Origin: Clostridiales bacterium UBA7573
Lineage (GTDB): Bacteria; Bacillota; Clostridia; Oscillospirales; CAG-272
Assembly (NCBI GenBank): GCA_002477905.1
Contig: DLLB01000083.1
Coordinates: forward strand, 1-54,311
Direction of reading: 5' to 3'
Length of the DNA: 54,311 nt
Shown: positions 52,909 to 54,311 of the stretch, piece after piece
Position numbering within the stretch: position 1 is the first letter of the stretch
Layout of the letters: each line of letters opens with the position of its first letter
Program-made: the position numbers and the translations under genes
Notes under the pieces: model-generated
The model's input: the letters and a program-made list of their open reading frames with translations, nothing else
Database searches by the model: none
What the model was told of the DNA's origin: nothing

Positions 52909-53613
52909 ATGAAATCAAACACGCATGTCACCTTTCGCTACGCGTTTCGCGCGTCGCTTCCGGTATTCGCCGGCTATCTTGCGCTCGGCATGGGATTCGG
53001 CATCCTTCTGCAAAGCAAAGGCTTTGCATGGTGGTGGGCAACCTTGATGAGTCTCACCATGTTCACCGGTTCCATGCAGTATCTTGCCGTCGATCTGCTC
53101 GCGGGCGGCGCCTCTTTACTTACGGCGGCGCTGATGACCTTTATGGTCAATTTGCGCTATTTGTTTTACAGCATCATCATGTTGGAGGAATATAAAGGCA
53201 TCGGCAAAGCCAAGCCTTATCTGATCTTTGCCCTCACCGACGAAACCTTTTCCTTAGTCTATCAGCCGAAGCTGCCGGATTTTATTGACCGGCGCAAATA
53301 TGTCCTGTTCGTTTCCTTGCTGGATCACGCTTACTGGCTGTTCGGCAGTACCCTCGGCGCCGTCCTCGGCAGTATTTTACCGTTTGACACGACCGGCGTC
53401 GATTTTGCCATGACCGCGCTGTTCATCGTGATCTTTGTGGAGCAATGGGAAAAGCAGAAAAACCATCTCCCCGCCTGCATCGGGATTTTCGTTACCGTCA
53501 TCTGCCGGCTGATTTTCGGCACTTCAAACTTTTTGATTCCGGCAATGATTGCCATGACGCTGATTCTGTTCGGATTGCATCCGTTTCTGAAAGGAGATGA
53601 CGCGCATGCCTGA
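52909..53613 (+). CDS. azlC: AzlC-family branched-chain amino acid exporter subunit
   Basis: 234-aa polytopic protein with an AzlC-like N-terminus (FRYAFRASLPVFAGYLALGMGFGIL). It is followed by an overlapping small AzlD-like gene. Confidence 0.8.
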   Translation: MKSNTHVTFRYAFRASLPVFAGYLALGMGFGILLQSKGFAWWWATLMSLTMFTGSMQYLAVDLLAGGASLLTAALMTFMVNLRYLFYSIIMLEEYKGIGKAKPYLIFALTDETFSLVYQPKLPDFIDRRKYVLFVSLLDHAYWLFGSTLGAVLGSILPFDTTGVDFAMTALFIVIFVEQWEKQKNHLPACIGIFVTVICRLIFGTSNFLIPAMIAMTLILFGLHPFLKGDDAHA

Positions 53614-53929
53614 CGCTGCACACTCCCTTGCCATCATCGGGGTGATCGTCGCCGTACAACTGGTCCTGCGGTTTCTTCCGTTTCTGATTTTCCGCCGGCA
53701 CACCCCCCGCGCCATTCTGTATCTGGAAAAAGTATTGCCCTATGCCATTATGGGCATGCTGGTGGTATATTGTCTGAAAGATCTTTCTTTTACTGCGCAA
53801 ACGCACGGCATTCCGGAGATCGCCGCCGTCCTTGCCGTGATTCTGCTTCACAAATGGCGGCATAACACCATGCTTTCCGTATTCGGCGGCACCGCTTTTT
53901 ATATGATCTTACTGCGGATCCTCGGATAA
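53606..53929 (+). CDS. azlD: AzlD-family small membrane subunit
   Basis: ~107 aa with 3-4 TM helices. ATG 53606 is preferred (AAGGAG RBS at 53591-53596) and overlaps the azlC stop. Confidence 0.75.
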   Translation: MPDAAHSLAIIGVIVAVQLVLRFLPFLIFRRHTPRAILYLEKVLPYAIMGMLVVYCLKDLSFTAQTHGIPEIAAVLAVILLHKWRHNTMLSVFGGTAFYMILLRILG

Positions 53930-53951
53930 ACCCGTAAAAATCCGTTTTTTT
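53923..53951 (+). terminator. weak intrinsic terminator after azlD
   Basis: 5-bp stem CGGAT/ATCCG with a 12-nt loop, followed by TTTTTTT. Confidence 0.35.
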
Positions 53952-53981
53952 CACAAAAATCGCATTTTTTCAAATTTTATC

Positions 53982-54010
53982 TTGCATCTTCCCGATGGGT
54001 GTGCTATAAT
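53982..54010 (+). promoter_or_regulatory. putative promoter of typA
   Basis: TTGCAT (53982-53987), 17-nt spacer, TGcTATAAT (-10 at 54005-54010). Confidence 0.6.
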
Positions 54011-54084
54011 AAAGAGTATTCTGAAAATTTGGTCTGAAACCGTCGGACATTCCGACGCAATTTACAAAACAGGAGCGAAAAACA

Positions 54085-54311
54085 GTGATTCGTACAGATT
54101 TAAGAAACATCGCCATCATCGCACACGTTGACCACGGCAAAACTACGCTCGTGGACGAAATGCTCAAGCAGGGCGGCGTTTATCACGAAAACCAAACGAC
54201 CGAAGAACGCGTCATGGACAGCAATGACATTGAACGCGAACGCGGCATCACCATTCTTGCCAAAAATACTGCCGTCCATTACAAGGGTACCAAAATCAAT
54301 ATCATCGACAC
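54085..54311 (+). CDS. typA: translational GTPase TypA/BipA, N-terminal 75 codons (continues beyond the right edge)
   Basis: GTG 54085 after an AGGAG RBS (54071-54075). Translation (V)[30 protein letters not shown]...[22 protein letters not shown]...INIIDT is canonical BipA. It is not in the ORF track because no stop lies in the window. Confidence 0.92.
   Translation, partial: MIRTDLRNIAIIAHVDHGKTTLVDEMLKQGGVYHENQTTEERVMDSNDIERERGITILAKNTAVHYKGTKINIID

Overview
This 54.3-kb segment reads like core chromosome of an anaerobic Firmicute, probably Clostridia/Oscillospiraceae-like. That placement is an inference from PFOR, the block yicC-remA-gmk-rpoZ-priA-def-fmt-rsmB, GGAGG-type RBSs and TTGACA-17-TGnTATAAT promoters. 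I can support 44 protein-coding genes. Two are cut by the window edges and so are missing from the ORF track: PFOR at the left and TypA/BipA at the right. I also support one tRNA-Pro(CGG), about a dozen intrinsic terminators and a set of near-consensus sigma-A-type promoters. I saw no rRNA, CRISPR array, transposase, integrase, prophage, or recognisable defence or toxin-antitoxin module. Many long ORFs in the track are antisense shadows of real genes. I did not find an unambiguous new system. The best second-look candidates are: (1) a tightly coupled GT2 + CrtO-family acyltransferase + PlsC-family acyltransferase operon with no carotenoid genes, preceded by a perfect 23-bp palindrome at its promoter and divergent from a membrane-tethered XRE regulator; (2) a three-gene operon in which a long, eukaryote-type UDP-galactopyranose-mutase-like flavoenzyme sits between two large polytopic membrane proteins; (3) a promoter-plus-terminator-bounded ~180-nt structured transcript with no known gene; (4) a two-gene unit of a membrane-anchored protein and a Cys-rich zinc-ribbon protein upstream of a 1281-aa secreted GLUG/beta-helix protein. 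All family calls come from motif recognition by eye, and no database search was possible.
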